Assembly: GCA_015063625.1 (NCBI GenBank)
Contig: SVTT01000003.1
Coordinates: forward strand, 54,355 to 118,354
Length of the DNA stretch: 64,000 nucleotides
Direction of reading: 5' to 3'
DNA from: Oscillospiraceae bacterium
GTDB taxonomy: Bacteria > Bacillota > Clostridia > Oscillospirales > CAG-272
Shown in pieces: positions 9,311-20,041 of the stretch. Position 1 is the first letter of the stretch. Every line of letters starts with the position of its first letter. Below the pieces are notes generated by a model. The model searched no databases and had not been told where the DNA came from. It saw nothing but the letters and a program-made list of their open reading frames with translations. The translations under genes and the position numbers were made by a program.

Positions 9311-9622
9311 TTACAGGGGTAAAAATTCGACCAACAAAACGGCAAGGCACGCGGCACCCGCCACCACGGGAAGCTTGCAGCCCCGAAGCCCCAGCACCAC
9401 CGCGACCGCTAATGCCGCCAGCGCCGACAGGGTCGTGGAGGTGGCGGACAGCATGGCGGGAAAGGTCATCACCGACAGCGTAACGTAGGGCACGTAGTAA
9501 AGAAAGGAACGAACGGTCCTGTTTTTGATCTCGCGGCGAATGAGCACCAGGGGCAGCACGCGGATGAGGTAGGTTACACCCGCCATCAGCAGAATGGCAA
9601 GCAGCAGATTTTCCACTCTCAT
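9311..9622 (-). CDS. azlD: AzlD-family branched-chain amino acid transport protein
   Basis: MAGVTYLIRVLP, SFLYYVPY motifs; ATGA overlap with azlC. Confidence 0.85.
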   Translation of the reverse strand: MRVENLLLAILLMAGVTYLIRVLPLVLIRREIKNRTVRSFLYYVPYVTLSVMTFPAMLSATSTTLSALAALAVAVVLGLRGCKLPVVAGAACLAVLLVEFLPL

Positions 9623-10347
9623 ACACACACCTCCCCCCCTTCCTCCCGTACGGGAAAGAGCAGTGCCGCACCGAACGAGATGAGCAGAGTCAGCAAAATG
9701 ATGCGGAAGCCCTCGGTCAACCACGTGAGTGACAGAAGACGGGTCAGCGCCGTCAGCAGCGCACTTGCCGCCATGGAGATCGCGACCAGCCCTGCCAGCA
9801 CGCGGCTTTTACGGGCGGGAGGCAGAATAATGGCGAGGAACATGGCGTAAAGCGCCACACCGAGCGCGCTGGAGGCACGCGCGGGAAGCACGTTGCCCAT
9901 GGCGGCACCGAGAAAGGTGCCGAGCGTCCAGCCGGGAACCGCCACCGCAATGGCACCGTAGCTGTAATAGGGCGAGAGCGTCCCCTGCGTCGCCGAGCTG
10001 ATACCGAAGATCTCGTCGGTCACACCGTAGCCGATCAGAAAACGGTGCAGAAGCGAGGTGGAGGGGGAAAGCTTTTGCGAAAGCGAGCAGGACATCAGAA
10101 GATACCGAATATTGATCACCAGCTGGGTGAAGGCGAGCTCCACGTAGGTGGTGCCCGCACTGATCAGTGCAATGCCCGCCGCCTCGCCTGCGGAGGTGAC
10201 GTTTAAAAGTGACAACAGCGCCGCCATAGGTGCGCTGAAATGGGCAATGCTTGCCTTGATGCCCAGTGCGAATGCCACGGCGAAATAGCCGATGGCAATG
10301 GGCATCCCGTCGCGCATGCCACGATAAAACCAGGATCTGCGATTCAT
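9619..10347 (-). CDS. azlC: AzlC-family permease
   Basis: GMPIAIGYFAV, INIRYLLMS, GVTDEIF motifs. Confidence 0.9.
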   Translation of the reverse strand: MNRRSWFYRGMRDGMPIAIGYFAVAFALGIKASIAHFSAPMAALLSLLNVTSAGEAAGIALISAGTTYVELAFTQLVINIRYLLMSCSLSQKLSPSTSLLHRFLIGYGVTDEIFGISSATQGTLSPYYSYGAIAVAVPGWTLGTFLGAAMGNVLPARASSALGVALYAMFLAIILPPARKSRVLAGLVAISMAASALLTALTRLLSLTWLTEGFRIILLTLLISFGAALLFPVREEGGEVCV

Positions 10348-10406
10348 GTTATGCCTCAAAGAATTTGTTCGACCGGCAACAGCCACATGGGCACTGCCGT
10401 CACCCT

Positions 10407-10435
10407 ATTGTATCGCGTTTTCGCGCTTTCGTCAA
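10407..10435 (-). promoter_or_regulatory. Sigma-A promoter of azlCD
   Basis: TTGACG-17bp-TACAAT on the minus strand. Confidence 0.6.
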
Positions 10436-10563
10436 GCCCTCACGCGATATCTTCGGCACAAGACGCCCCGCATTAAGAATTTGAAGAGAGATCGTGAACC
10501 GAGAGAGAAAGCATTTTAAAAAAAGAGAAAGCCACAGCTTGGATTTTCCAAAAAGCTATTCTT

Positions 10564-10597
10564 AACGGCAGGGGCGCTATTTCAGCACCCCTGCCGT
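10564..10597 (-). terminator. Hairpin/terminator closing the glycogen operon
   Basis: AACGGCAGGGG...CCCCTGCCGTT inverted repeat just past the stop of 10605..11360. Confidence 0.55.
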
Positions 10598-10604
10598 TTG
10601 TAAC

Positions 10605-11360
10605 CTATAAGTAAATCTTATTTTCCTTGCGCGTGGCACAGCGCTCGGCAAGGCGCTCACGGAGTGCCGCGCACGCCTCAGGGGCATTGCTGCGCGCTCC
10701 CGTGGGGCACACCTTCACGCAATGCATGCAGGAAAAGCACCTTTCGGCATCCACGATGCGAACGTCATGCTCGGGAATCGCCTTGACGGGGCATCCGCGC
10801 GCACAGCGGCGGCATCCGATACAGGCATCACTCACCACGGGGCTCATCGGTGCATATTTGACCTCGCGGTAGGGGCGGTTTCCGGGTATCGGGGGCTCCT
10901 TTCGGTCGCCGCTTTTCCATTTTGCCGCAATACGGGTGCCGAATTCGATCAATTCCACCTCATCCTCATCGCTCGGTCTGCCACTTCCGTAGCAGCGGGC
11001 AAGCGAGTGCTCGGTCACCGCCTCCACGCCTGCCAGAACGCGGAATCCGCGCGCGACAAGCAGATCGCGCAGCTCCAGCATGGTATCATCGATCGCGCGG
11101 TTTCCGAAGCTGACGGCAAGCACCGCCGCAGCGCCGTTTCCCTCAAGGCGCGAAAGATTCTCTGCCGCAAGAAAAGGTACTCTGCCACCGTAAGCAGGCA
11201 CGGCGACCACGCAGACGTCCTCGCTCTCAAGCGTGGGGAGCGCGGCACCCTGCCAAAGCAGCTCCACACTCTCTGCCCTGACGCCAAAGGCTCCGGAAAG
11301 GATCCTTGCAACGCGCTCGGTTCCTCCCGTCGGGCTGAAATACATCGTATATACCTTCAT
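10605..11360 (-). CDS. Flavodoxin-like / 2x[4Fe-4S] ferredoxin fusion (EFR1-like)
   Basis: N-terminal YFSPTGGT flavodoxin loop; C-terminal [12 protein letters not shown] and [12 protein letters not shown]. Confidence 0.85.
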   Translation of the reverse strand: MKVYTMYFSPTGGTERVARILSGAFGVRAESVELLWQGAALPTLESEDVCVVAVPAYGGRVPFLAAENLSRLEGNGAAAVLAVSFGNRAIDDTMLELRDLLVARGFRVLAGVEAVTEHSLARCYGSGRPSDEDEVELIEFGTRIAAKWKSGDRKEPPIPGNRPYREVKYAPMSPVVSDACIGCRRCARGCPVKAIPEHDVRIVDAERCFSCMHCVKVCPTGARSNAPEACAALRERLAERCATRKENKIYL

Positions 11361-11363
11361 ATC

Positions 11364-11702
11364 TCACCTGTAATAAACGTAATAGACCACAACAGTGCGC
11401 ACCTTTCCGCCGTGCTCCAGATCGGGCGCGGTAATGACGACACCGTCCTTGGAAAGCAGCTCTGCCGCCTCCATATCGGCGATCTTACAGCGCATCAGCA
11501 CGTCCGAGGATGCAAAGACCAGGAGCTCATCATCCTTGATGTTGAGTCCACCCGATCTGCCGATCACCTCGTCCACGTTGTCAATGCGCTCGGTCACGTA
11601 TTTCACGTGATGACCGCAAATGCGCTGTGCCATGTCATAGCGATAGCGCCTGCTTTTCGGATTTTTACTTTTGGTCAGCTTTTCGAACACGCGTCGAAGC
11701 AT
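11364..11702 (-). CDS. Hypothetical protein (112 aa)
   Basis: Protein-like composition, tightly packed between two same-strand genes; no recognisable family. Confidence 0.7.
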   Translation of the reverse strand: MLRRVFEKLTKSKNPKSRRYRYDMAQRICGHHVKYVTERIDNVDEVIGRSGGLNIKDDELLVFASSDVLMRCKIADMEAAELLSKDGVVITAPDLEHGGKVRTVVVYYVYYR

Positions 11703-13599
11703 GCTTTACCCTCCAGATACGAATCTCTCCCTTTTCAAGTCGAACCGTTCCTTTTTCAGCGACTCTGCCGCAAAGAAGCTCGGTTGCCTCGGCGTCCAGC
11801 GAAACGTCAAAGGGCTGATCACCATTATTTACTGCCACAACGATACGGTTTTTGCTGTTTTTTCGTTCGTAAGCCAGCGCGTTCTCGCTCTCGGCAAGGA
11901 TGGAAAATTCACCATCCCACAGCGCGGTGTTTTTCTCGCGAATGCGGCCGAGCCTTCGGTAAAAGGCAAGCAACTCGGCGTCCTCTCTGCCCCATGGAAA
12001 GGGGCGGCGGCAGAAGGGATCGTGATAACCCTCCATGCCCGCCTCATCACCGTAAAAAAGCGAGGGCACACCGAATACCGTGTACTGCAATGCCGCTGCC
12101 ATCTTCAGTCGGTCCTTGGCAACGCGACGCTCGCGCTCGGTCATGCGCATCACACGCAGCTGGGCATTGGAAAAGCGCCCGTCGTCGGGCTCACCGCCCA
12201 GCACGGTCAGAATACGCTCGGTATCATGCGTGGAGAGCACGTTCATCAGGGAGTGGCAGACCGAGGTGGGATAGGATCCCCAAAGCTCGCGCAGCACCGA
12301 CGTCAGCGCGCTCGCGTCCCCCTCCTTTACGAAGGAAATGATGCCCCGTCTTAGGGGATAATTCATCACGCTGTCAAGCTGTCTTCCACGAAAGTAGCGA
12401 CGGCGCCTGCCATAGGCGATCTTGTCTGCGGCGTTCTCCCAGACCTCGCCGAGCACCACGCCCTCGCCCCCTGTTGCCTCCTTGACACGGCAGCGAAGAT
12501 CGTCAAGAAAGGCGTCGGGCAGCTCGTCGGCAACGTCCAGTCGCCAGCCCATCACGCCCGCCCGCGTATATTTTTCAATGACGCCTCCCTTGCCCACCAG
12601 ATAACGGTGAAGCTCGGGATTGACAAGGCGCAGCTTCGGAAGGATCTCGATCCCCCACCAGCTCTCATACACATCGGGAAATTTGCGAAAATAGTACCAT
12701 GCGGTGTAGGGAGAAAGTGTTGATTGATAAGCACCCTTCTCGGGATAGCTGCCGTATCGGTTAAAATATCGGCTGTCGTCACCCGTATGGTTGAAAACGC
12801 CGTCCAGCATGACGCCCATATTCCGTTTTTTTGCCTCGGCGATCAGATGCTCCAGCGCCTCCATTCCCCCAAACTGCGGGTCGACCGTTTCATAGTCCCC
12901 CGTGTCGTATTTGTGGTTAGATGCCGCCTTGAAGATCGGACTTAAGTAGATCACGCCAACGCCGAGACCCTTCAGATAATCCAGCTTGTCTGCCACGCCC
13001 CAAAGCGTGCCGCCAAAGAACTCATTGTTCTTCACGGGGGCTCCCGGATAGGCGCCGAACTGCTCGATCTCCTCGTGCCAATTCTCATGATAGACCGCGC
13101 CGTCGGGTCGCTCGCCGCCGCGAGGGGCAAAGCGATCGACAAACACGTGATACATGGTACGTCCGCGAAACCACTGCGGCGTATCAAAGCTGTTTTCCGA
13201 CACCAGCAAGCGGAAGCGCCCCGCCGAGCGCGGCGAGAGGGTATAGGTCACGTTATCCTTGGTATCGGTAAAGAGGGTGTCGGCTCCGCGCAGGAAGAGC
13301 AGCTCGTAATAAAAAAGCCCCTCGCCCGCCTCGCCGCAAAGCGCGGAAAGCGAAAGTGTGATACGGTAAAGCTCCTCCCCTCCCTCTCTGGTGACGAACC
13401 GAAGAGGAAGGTCTCGCGCCTGCTCACCGTCGGGCACAAGGCGCAACACCACCGCCGCCGCGCCGAAGGCGCGGTCAAGACGGACGGTGAGGGTCAGCTC
13501 ATCGCGGCAGAAGAACGCCCCCTTATCGGTGGCGTTCTTGCCGTTCACGGTTTTTTCGATGCGCGGTAGCGCGACATCCAAGGGCCGCTTCAGTAGCAT
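11665..13599 (-). CDS. GH13 glycoside hydrolase (neopullulanase/amylopullulanase-like)
   Basis: DGVFNHTG, GWRLDVADE, GEVWE and STHDTER conserved GH13 regions. Confidence 0.92.
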   Translation of the reverse strand: MLLKRPLDVALPRIEKTVNGKNATDKGAFFCRDELTLTVRLDRAFGAAAVVLRLVPDGEQARDLPLRFVTREGGEELYRITLSLSALCGEAGEGLFYYELLFLRGADTLFTDTKDNVTYTLSPRSAGRFRLLVSENSFDTPQWFRGRTMYHVFVDRFAPRGGERPDGAVYHENWHEEIEQFGAYPGAPVKNNEFFGGTLWGVADKLDYLKGLGVGVIYLSPIFKAASNHKYDTGDYETVDPQFGGMEALEHLIAEAKKRNMGVMLDGVFNHTGDDSRYFNRYGSYPEKGAYQSTLSPYTAWYYFRKFPDVYESWWGIEILPKLRLVNPELHRYLVGKGGVIEKYTRAGVMGWRLDVADELPDAFLDDLRCRVKEATGGEGVVLGEVWENAADKIAYGRRRRYFRGRQLDSVMNYPLRRGIISFVKEGDASALTSVLRELWGSYPTSVCHSLMNVLSTHDTERILTVLGGEPDDGRFSNAQLRVMRMTERERRVAKDRLKMAAALQYTVFGVPSLFYGDEAGMEGYHDPFCRRPFPWGREDAELLAFYRRLGRIREKNTALWDGEFSILAESENALAYERKNSKNRIVVAVNNGDQPFDVSLDAEATELLCGRVAEKGTVRLEKGEIRIWRVKHASTRVRKADQK

Positions 13600-16031
13600 T
13601 ATTTTTTACCCGTCAAGCGCTGCAGACCCCAGATGCGATCGGCATATTCGTTGATGCTGCGATCGGCGGCAAAGTGACCTGCCGCGGCAATGTTGACAAG
13701 CGACATGCGGTTCCACTTTTTCTGATCCTTGTAGGTGTCAAGCGCCTTGACGTGTGCCTGACGATAAGATTCAAAATCGGCAAGGCAGAGGTAGGGATCC
13801 GCCACACCGGGACCTGCCAGCAGATACGTCGCGATATCGGCAAAGGATTCGCCCGCAAAGCCGACGTTGAGGAAGTTGACGATGCGTGCAAGGCGCTCGT
13901 TGCTTGCGTAATAAAGAGGCGCGTTGTAGCCCTTGGCAAAGAGCTCCTCGACCTCCTTGCTCGTCAGACCGAAGATAAACATATTCTCCGCACCCGTTGC
14001 CGCCTGCATCTCGACATTGGCGCCGTCCAGCGTACCGATGGTCAGCGCACCGTTGATCATCAGCTTCATGCAGCCCGTACCGCTTGCCTCCTTGCCTGCC
14101 ATGGAGATCTGCTCACTGATCTCGGCGGCGGGAACCAGCACCTCAGCGGCGCTGACATTGTAATCCTCAAGGAAGACCACGCGCAGCTTCTCGGCGATCT
14201 GCGGATTCTGCTCGATATCCTTCTGGATCATGCAAAGCAGCTTGATGATGCGCTTTGCCATGGCGTAGCCGGGGGCTGCCTTTGCACCGAAGATGAAGGT
14301 CTGGGGCTGAATATCAAGGTTGGGGTTATCCTTGAGGTCAAGATAGATACCGATGATATTCAGCGCGTTGAGCAGCTGGCGCTTATACTCATGCAGACGC
14401 TTGATCTGCACATCGAAGATCGAATGGGTGTCCAGTGCCTTGCCGCACTTTTTGGAGAGGAAATTGGAGAATCTCTCCTTGTTCTTATGCTTGATCTCGG
14501 CAAGACGGGCAAGCACGCTCTCGTCGTCGGCGTACTTCAGGAAATCTGCAAGGATCTCGGGATCCTTGCGGTAGCCCTCACCGATACACTCGTCAAGCAG
14601 CTTGGCAAGCATCGGGTTGGAATAGACCAGCCAGCGACGGTGTGCAATACCGTTGGTCACGTTGTCGAAGCGGTCGGGATACATGCGGTAAAAATCCTTG
14701 AAAACGGTATCGACAAGGATCTGGGAATGAAGCTTGGACACGCCGTTGACGGTGTGCGAGCCGATGACCGAGAGATTTGCCATACGCACCTGACCGTAGG
14801 CAAGCACGCTCATCGAGGAGATGCGGTCCCAGTTTCCGGGATAGAACTCCCATGCCTCGCGGCAGAAGCGCTCGTTGATCTCCTTGATGATCATATGGAT
14901 ACGGGGCAGCTTGAGTGCAAACAGATCCTCGTTCCAGGTTTCAAGAGCCTCGGGCATGACCGTGTGGTTGGTATAGGACACCGTATGCGTCACGATATCC
15001 CACGCACGATCCCAGGAATAGCAGTAGTCGTCAATCAGAATACGCATCAGCTCGGGAATACACATGGCGGGATGGGTATCGTTGATGTGGATCGCCACCT
15101 TGTCGGCGAGATTGTCAAGAGTACCGTAGACCGCCATATGGTCGCGGATGATGCTCTGGCAGGATGCCGAAACCAGGAAATACTGCTGCGAGAGGCGGAG
15201 CAGCTTGCCCTCGGTGTGATTGTCGGAGGGATAAAGCACCTTGGCAATGATGTCGGCGGCGTTGCTCTGCTGCATGGCGCGGCTGTACTGTCCCTGTGCG
15301 AACAGACCCATATTGAAGTTCTGAATATCGCGCGCGCGCCACAGGCGCAGCTGGGAAACGGCGCTGCTATCGGCACCCGAGATCATCATATCGTAGGGCA
15401 CTGCCTCCATTTCCTCGCCGCCCTCGTAGCTGATCTGCAATCTGCCGTCACGCCATTCCTCCTTTACGCGGCCGCCAAAGCGAACCTTGTAGACGCGGTC
15501 GGTGCGGGGCACCAGCCACACCTCGCCGCCGGGAAGCCAGACGTCGGGCAGCTCGATCTGCATACCGTCAACGATCATCTGCTTGAAAAGACCGTACTCG
15601 TAGCAAAGAGAAAAACCCGTTGCGGGATAGTCAAGGGAAGACAGAGAATCCATAAAACAAGCGGCAAGACGGCCAAGACCGCCGTTACCGAGGCCTGCGT
15701 CGGGCTCGCATTCGTAAAGATCGTCCAGATCAAAGCCAAAGCTCTTGATCGCCTTTTGGTACTGCTCCTGCAAGCCGAGGTTGCAAAGATTGGTCTTCAG
15801 AGATCTGCCAAGCAGAAACTCCATGCACATATAATACACGCGCTTTGCGCCCTCTTGATTGACCTTGTTTTTGAATTCGCCCCGTTTTTCGGTCAGGATA
15901 TCCTTGATGGTCAGTGCGGCGGCCTTGTAAAGCTGGTCGCGGGAGGCCTCCGCGGGGGTGCAACCGAAATGACGGGAAAGCTTTTCGGTAATGTTCTTCT
16001 TGACTTCGCTTGCATTGGGTTTGTAGTTCAT
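13599..16031 (-). CDS. glgP: Glycogen phosphorylase
   Basis: GLGNGGLGRLAACF, INDTHP, KRLHEYKRQ and the PLP site EASGTGCMK. Confidence 0.96.
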   Translation of the reverse strand: MNYKPNASEVKKNITEKLSRHFGCTPAEASRDQLYKAAALTIKDILTEKRGEFKNKVNQEGAKRVYYMCMEFLLGRSLKTNLCNLGLQEQYQKAIKSFGFDLDDLYECEPDAGLGNGGLGRLAACFMDSLSSLDYPATGFSLCYEYGLFKQMIVDGMQIELPDVWLPGGEVWLVPRTDRVYKVRFGGRVKEEWRDGRLQISYEGGEEMEAVPYDMMISGADSSAVSQLRLWRARDIQNFNMGLFAQGQYSRAMQQSNAADIIAKVLYPSDNHTEGKLLRLSQQYFLVSASCQSIIRDHMAVYGTLDNLADKVAIHINDTHPAMCIPELMRILIDDYCYSWDRAWDIVTHTVSYTNHTVMPEALETWNEDLFALKLPRIHMIIKEINERFCREAWEFYPGNWDRISSMSVLAYGQVRMANLSVIGSHTVNGVSKLHSQILVDTVFKDFYRMYPDRFDNVTNGIAHRRWLVYSNPMLAKLLDECIGEGYRKDPEILADFLKYADDESVLARLAEIKHKNKERFSNFLSKKCGKALDTHSIFDVQIKRLHEYKRQLLNALNIIGIYLDLKDNPNLDIQPQTFIFGAKAAPGYAMAKRIIKLLCMIQKDIEQNPQIAEKLRVVFLEDYNVSAAEVLVPAAEISEQISMAGKEASGTGCMKLMINGALTIGTLDGANVEMQAATGAENMFIFGLTSKEVEELFAKGYNAPLYYASNERLARIVNFLNVGFAGESFADIATYLLAGPGVADPYLCLADFESYRQAHVKALDTYKDQKKWNRMSLVNIAAAGHFAADRSINEYADRIWGLQRLTGKK

Positions 16032-16107
16032 AATTCGTGTTCCTCCAGAGGTTTAGGTATCAAAACGGACATCTACGGATGTCCTGCCGCAGCGCGGCAA
16101 AGATATA

Positions 16108-17541
16108 TCAAAGAGATTGATACATTTCAAGATAGTGGCGTGCTGACTCCTGCCAGGAGAAGTCGGTACGCATGATGCGGCTCATCAGCCTGTCACGGCG
16201 AGCCTCGTCACGCCAAAGGGCGATGGCGGCTGCGGTGCGCTCAAGGAGCTCCTCACCGCTGTAGTTGGCAAAGGTAAAGCCGTTGCCGAAGATTCTTCTT
16301 CCCTGCTCCCAATAGCCCTTGATGGAATCGTAAAGGCCGCCCGTTTCACGCACCACGGGAATGGCGCCGTAGCGAGAAGCGATCATCTGCGAAAGACCGC
16401 AGGGCTCGGTTTTCGAGGGCATCAGGAAGATGTCACACGCAGCATAGATCTGCTTGGCAAGATCGCGGTCATAGCGCAGCAGCGTGCGCACCTTGTCGGG
16501 GAACCGACGCTCCAGCTCGACGAAGAAATGCTCGTAATCGGCATCTCCTCTGCCAAGCACCACCAGCTGAAGATCCTCGCCCCCGATCAGACGTGCGGAG
16601 ATCTCTGCGATGATATCAAGCCCCTTGTGGGCAACAAGGCGGGAGATCACGGCAAGCAGCGGCACATCGCGGCGCGCGGGAAGCCCCAGCGCCGATTGCA
16701 GTGCCAGCTTGTTCTCGGGCTTTTTCGCACGCGTGCGCCAGCTGAAGGGCACGGGAATAGCAGAGTCCCTGGCGGGGTTGTAATACTTATAGTCGATGCC
16801 GTTGAGGATGCCGCACAGCTTGCCGCGGTGATCGTTCAAGACACTGTCAAGCCCCTTGCCAAAGGCAGGGGTGCAGATCTCCTCCGCATAGCGGGGGCTG
16901 ACCGTGCTGACACGGTCGGCACACACGATCGCCGCTTTCATCAAATTGATCGAGCCGCCGAAATCCATCAGCTCATACTGCTCGAAGCCAAGGGCAAACA
17001 CGTCGCCGAGAATGCCGAAGTGATATTGACCCTGATATTCGATATTATGGATCGTAAAGACCGACTTGATGTTGCGGTATTGCTTTTTCTTTGCAAACAG
17101 GCACTTCAGGTAGACCACCGAAAGCGCCGCCTGCCAGTCGTGGGCGTGCAGGACATCAGGGTAGAAATCAAGCTTTTCCATGGCACAGAGCGCCGCCATA
17201 GAGAAATAAGCAAAGCGCTCACCGTCGTCAAAGCTGCCGTATAACGAATCACGCTTGAAGTAGTATTCGTTATCAATAAAATAATATGTCACCCCGTCCT
17301 TTTTGAGTGACTTGACACCGCAGTAAAGCTGACGCCATGCGAGATCGACGGTAAAGACCGCCTCCTCCTTCATTTTGGCACGCCAAGCATCCGAGATCTG
17401 CCCGTAAAGAGGCATGATCACACGCACGTCGGTATCGGGGTCGGCGGCAAGTGCGGCGGGCAGAGAGCCCAGCACGTCACCAAGACCGCCGGTGGCGGCA
17501 AAGGGCATTGCCTCTGCGCCGACAAAGAGAATTTTTTTCAT
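16108..17541 (-). CDS. glgA: Glycogen synthase
   Basis: TGGLGDV, HAHDWQ, EPCGLSQM. Confidence 0.95.
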   Translation of the reverse strand: MKKILFVGAEAMPFAATGGLGDVLGSLPAALAADPDTDVRVIMPLYGQISDAWRAKMKEEAVFTVDLAWRQLYCGVKSLKKDGVTYYFIDNEYYFKRDSLYGSFDDGERFAYFSMAALCAMEKLDFYPDVLHAHDWQAALSVVYLKCLFAKKKQYRNIKSVFTIHNIEYQGQYHFGILGDVFALGFEQYELMDFGGSINLMKAAIVCADRVSTVSPRYAEEICTPAFGKGLDSVLNDHRGKLCGILNGIDYKYYNPARDSAIPVPFSWRTRAKKPENKLALQSALGLPARRDVPLLAVISRLVAHKGLDIIAEISARLIGGEDLQLVVLGRGDADYEHFFVELERRFPDKVRTLLRYDRDLAKQIYAACDIFLMPSKTEPCGLSQMIASRYGAIPVVRETGGLYDSIKGYWEQGRRIFGNGFTFANYSGEELLERTAAAIALWRDEARRDRLMSRIMRTDFSWQESARHYLEMYQSL

Positions 17542-17651
17542 TGGTTGCTCCTTCTATGAAAATCCACAAGGGGGCATGATGCCCCCGTGTGCTTTTGACT
17601 TGTCACAAGCGCAAGAGCGCTTGAACGATCCGGGTTACTTGTGCTCGGCGG

Positions 17652-18785
17652 TCAGACCATCACGCCCTTGCCGATGTAAAAGGGCATGGTTTCGTGGCCG
17701 CACAGCTCTCTGCCGTCCTTGATCACGACGTTCTTATCGGTCACCACGCAGGAAAGACGCACGTTTTCACCCGTCAGGGTATCCTGCATCAGAATGCAGT
17801 TGCTGACCGTGGTACCCTTGCCGACCTTGACGCCGCGGAAGAGAATGGAGTTTTCCACACTTCCCTCGATCACACAGCCGTCGGCGATCAGCGAATTCTT
17901 CACGCATGCCTCGGGCGTGTAGCGCGTGGGCGTGGAATTGCGTACCTTGGTAAAAATGGGCAGATTTCTGCGATAGAAGAGCGAGGTACGCTGAGGGGGA
18001 TCGAGCAGACGCATCGAGCAGCGGAAATAGCTCTCAAGCGAATTGATCCTGGCAAAGAAGCCGTCGTAAAAGTGAGCATAAAACTTGTCTTTCCCGAGGT
18101 TACGGGCAATGACGTCCTTATAAAAGCTCTTATGACCGTGCGAGATGGCATCGTTCACGACACGCTGCAAATAGGTGCGACGCACCAGCCAGATATCCGC
18201 ACAGATCGTCACGTCACCCTGCTCGCCGCTGTACTCGGCAATATCGATGACTCTGCCCTCCTCGTCGATCACCGGCACCTCGGTATGGCTGTCAAGCGGC
18301 TGGATGTCGGTATTGACCTTCGCGGTGATCATGGTGAAATCGGCACCGCTTTTCTCATGTGCGGCAAGCGCCGAGGCGAGATCAACGTTGCAGATCACGT
18401 CACAGTCCGAAAGCACCATCACGTCCTCGGTGCAGCGGTTGATGAAATTCATCACGCCCATCAGCGACTCAAGTCGGGTGGAATTGAATCTGCCCGCCGC
18501 CGCGCTGTCGTAGGCGGTGATGAAGGGGGGCAGGATCTTGATGCCGCCCGTGCGTCGGGCGAGATCCCAGTCCTTGCCGTTTCCGAGATGGTCGAGCAAG
18601 GATTGATAGTTATCGTGGGTGATGACACCCACCTTGGTAATGCCCGAATTCACCATGTTGGAGAGCGCAAAATCGATCAGACGGTAGCGCCCGCCAAACG
18701 GGATGCTTGCCATCGTACGGCGGCTGGTCAGTTCGGGAACGGTGGAATCGTGAATGTTGGAAAAAATAATACCTGCTGCTTTCAT
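17652..18785 (-). CDS. glgD: Glucose-1-phosphate adenylyltransferase subunit GlgD
   Basis: PFGGRYRLIDFALSNMVNSG with a degenerate N-terminal loop; adjacent to glgC. Confidence 0.92.
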   Translation of the reverse strand: MKAAGIIFSNIHDSTVPELTSRRTMASIPFGGRYRLIDFALSNMVNSGITKVGVITHDNYQSLLDHLGNGKDWDLARRTGGIKILPPFITAYDSAAAGRFNSTRLESLMGVMNFINRCTEDVMVLSDCDVICNVDLASALAAHEKSGADFTMITAKVNTDIQPLDSHTEVPVIDEEGRVIDIAEYSGEQGDVTICADIWLVRRTYLQRVVNDAISHGHKSFYKDVIARNLGKDKFYAHFYDGFFARINSLESYFRCSMRLLDPPQRTSLFYRRNLPIFTKVRNSTPTRYTPEACVKNSLIADGCVIEGSVENSILFRGVKVGKGTTVSNCILMQDTLTGENVRLSCVVTDKNVVIKDGRELCGHETMPFYIGKGVMV

Positions 18786-18797
18786 ATTCCTGCCTCC

Positions 18798-19979
18798 TTA
18801 CTCCGAGATGATCGCACCGTCGGCAACGGTTGCATTTTCCCCGACACAGACGCCCTCGCCGAGCACGGCAATTCCCTTTGCCTCGCCGCGCGCCTTGCCG
18901 ACCGTGGCACCCTTGCCGATCTTGACGTCATGGTCGATCATGGAATATCTGACAGTGGCGTTTTCGTACACGATGGTATCACCCATCAGCACCGAATCCT
19001 CCACCACGGCACCCTCCATAATACGCACGTTCTTGCCGAGCACGCAGTTGCGCACCGTGCCGAGGATCTCACAGCCCTCGGTGATCGAGCAGTTCTCCAC
19101 CACCGCACGGGGGCCCACGTACTGAGGAGGCGCATTATCGTGACGCGCGAGAATGCGCCAGTTGTCGGCATTCAGCGGAAGATTGGGGTGCTCTCCGAGG
19201 ATATCCATATTCGCCTCCCAAAGAGAGTCGATGGTGCCCACGTCCTTCCAATAGCCCTCAAAGGAATATGCCATCATCTTCTCGCCTGCGGCAAGCATGG
19301 CGGGAATGATGTTTTTGCCGAAGTCGTTCGAGGAGCTCGGGTCCTTGGCGTCGGCAATGAGATAGTCCGCCAGCTTCCTTCGATTGAAGATGTAAATACC
19401 CATCGATGCCTTGGTGCTGTCGGGATTCTTCGGCTTTTCGGAGAATTTGTAGATGGTGCCGTCCTCATGCGTGCTCATGATACCGAAGCGGCTTGCCTCG
19501 GAGAGGGGCACGTCGATGACCGCAATGGTGCAGTCGGCGTTGGTTTCCTTGTGGTAACGAAGCATCTTGGCATAGTCCATGCGATAGATGTGGTCACCCG
19601 AAAGGATCAGAACGTAGTCGGCATCGTAACGCTCGATAAACTGCAGGTTCTGATAAATGGCGTTCGCCGTGCCGCTGTACCAGTCGGCACCGCTCTTGCC
19701 CTGATAGGGGGGCAGGATCTTCACGCCGCCGTAGTTGCGGTCAAGATCCCACGGAAGGCCCGTGCCGATATATTCGTTCAGCACCAGAGGCTGATACTGG
19801 GTCAGCACGCCGACCGTGTCAAGCCCCGAGTGCACGCAGTTGGAAAGCGGAAAATCAATGATACGATATTTGCCGCCAAAGGTGACGGCGGGCTTTGCCG
19901 TTTTCGAGGTCAGTGCATAAAGACGGCTGCCCTGCCCTCCGGCAAGAAGCATGACCACGCATTCTTTTTTTCTGATCAT
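18798..19979 (-). CDS. glgC: Glucose-1-phosphate adenylyltransferase
   Basis: [36 protein letters not shown]. Confidence 0.96.
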   Translation of the reverse strand: MIRKKECVVMLLAGGQGSRLYALTSKTAKPAVTFGGKYRIIDFPLSNCVHSGLDTVGVLTQYQPLVLNEYIGTGLPWDLDRNYGGVKILPPYQGKSGADWYSGTANAIYQNLQFIERYDADYVLILSGDHIYRMDYAKMLRYHKETNADCTIAVIDVPLSEASRFGIMSTHEDGTIYKFSEKPKNPDSTKASMGIYIFNRRKLADYLIADAKDPSSSNDFGKNIIPAMLAAGEKMMAYSFEGYWKDVGTIDSLWEANMDILGEHPNLPLNADNWRILARHDNAPPQYVGPRAVVENCSITEGCEILGTVRNCVLGKNVRIMEGAVVEDSVLMGDTIVYENATVRYSMIDHDVKIGKGATVGKARGEAKGIAVLGEGVCVGENATVADGAIISE

Positions 19980-20041
19980 GATGAATTCCTCCGTTCGGTT
20001 TGTTACTTGAATGAGTCAATGCAAGGGAAAACGCGAGGGGG

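Noticed and set aside
17565-17591. Hairpin between glgD and glgA
   Set aside because: Real inverted repeat, but it has no clear U-tract in the transcribed direction; probably an mRNA stabiliser, so not called as a terminator.
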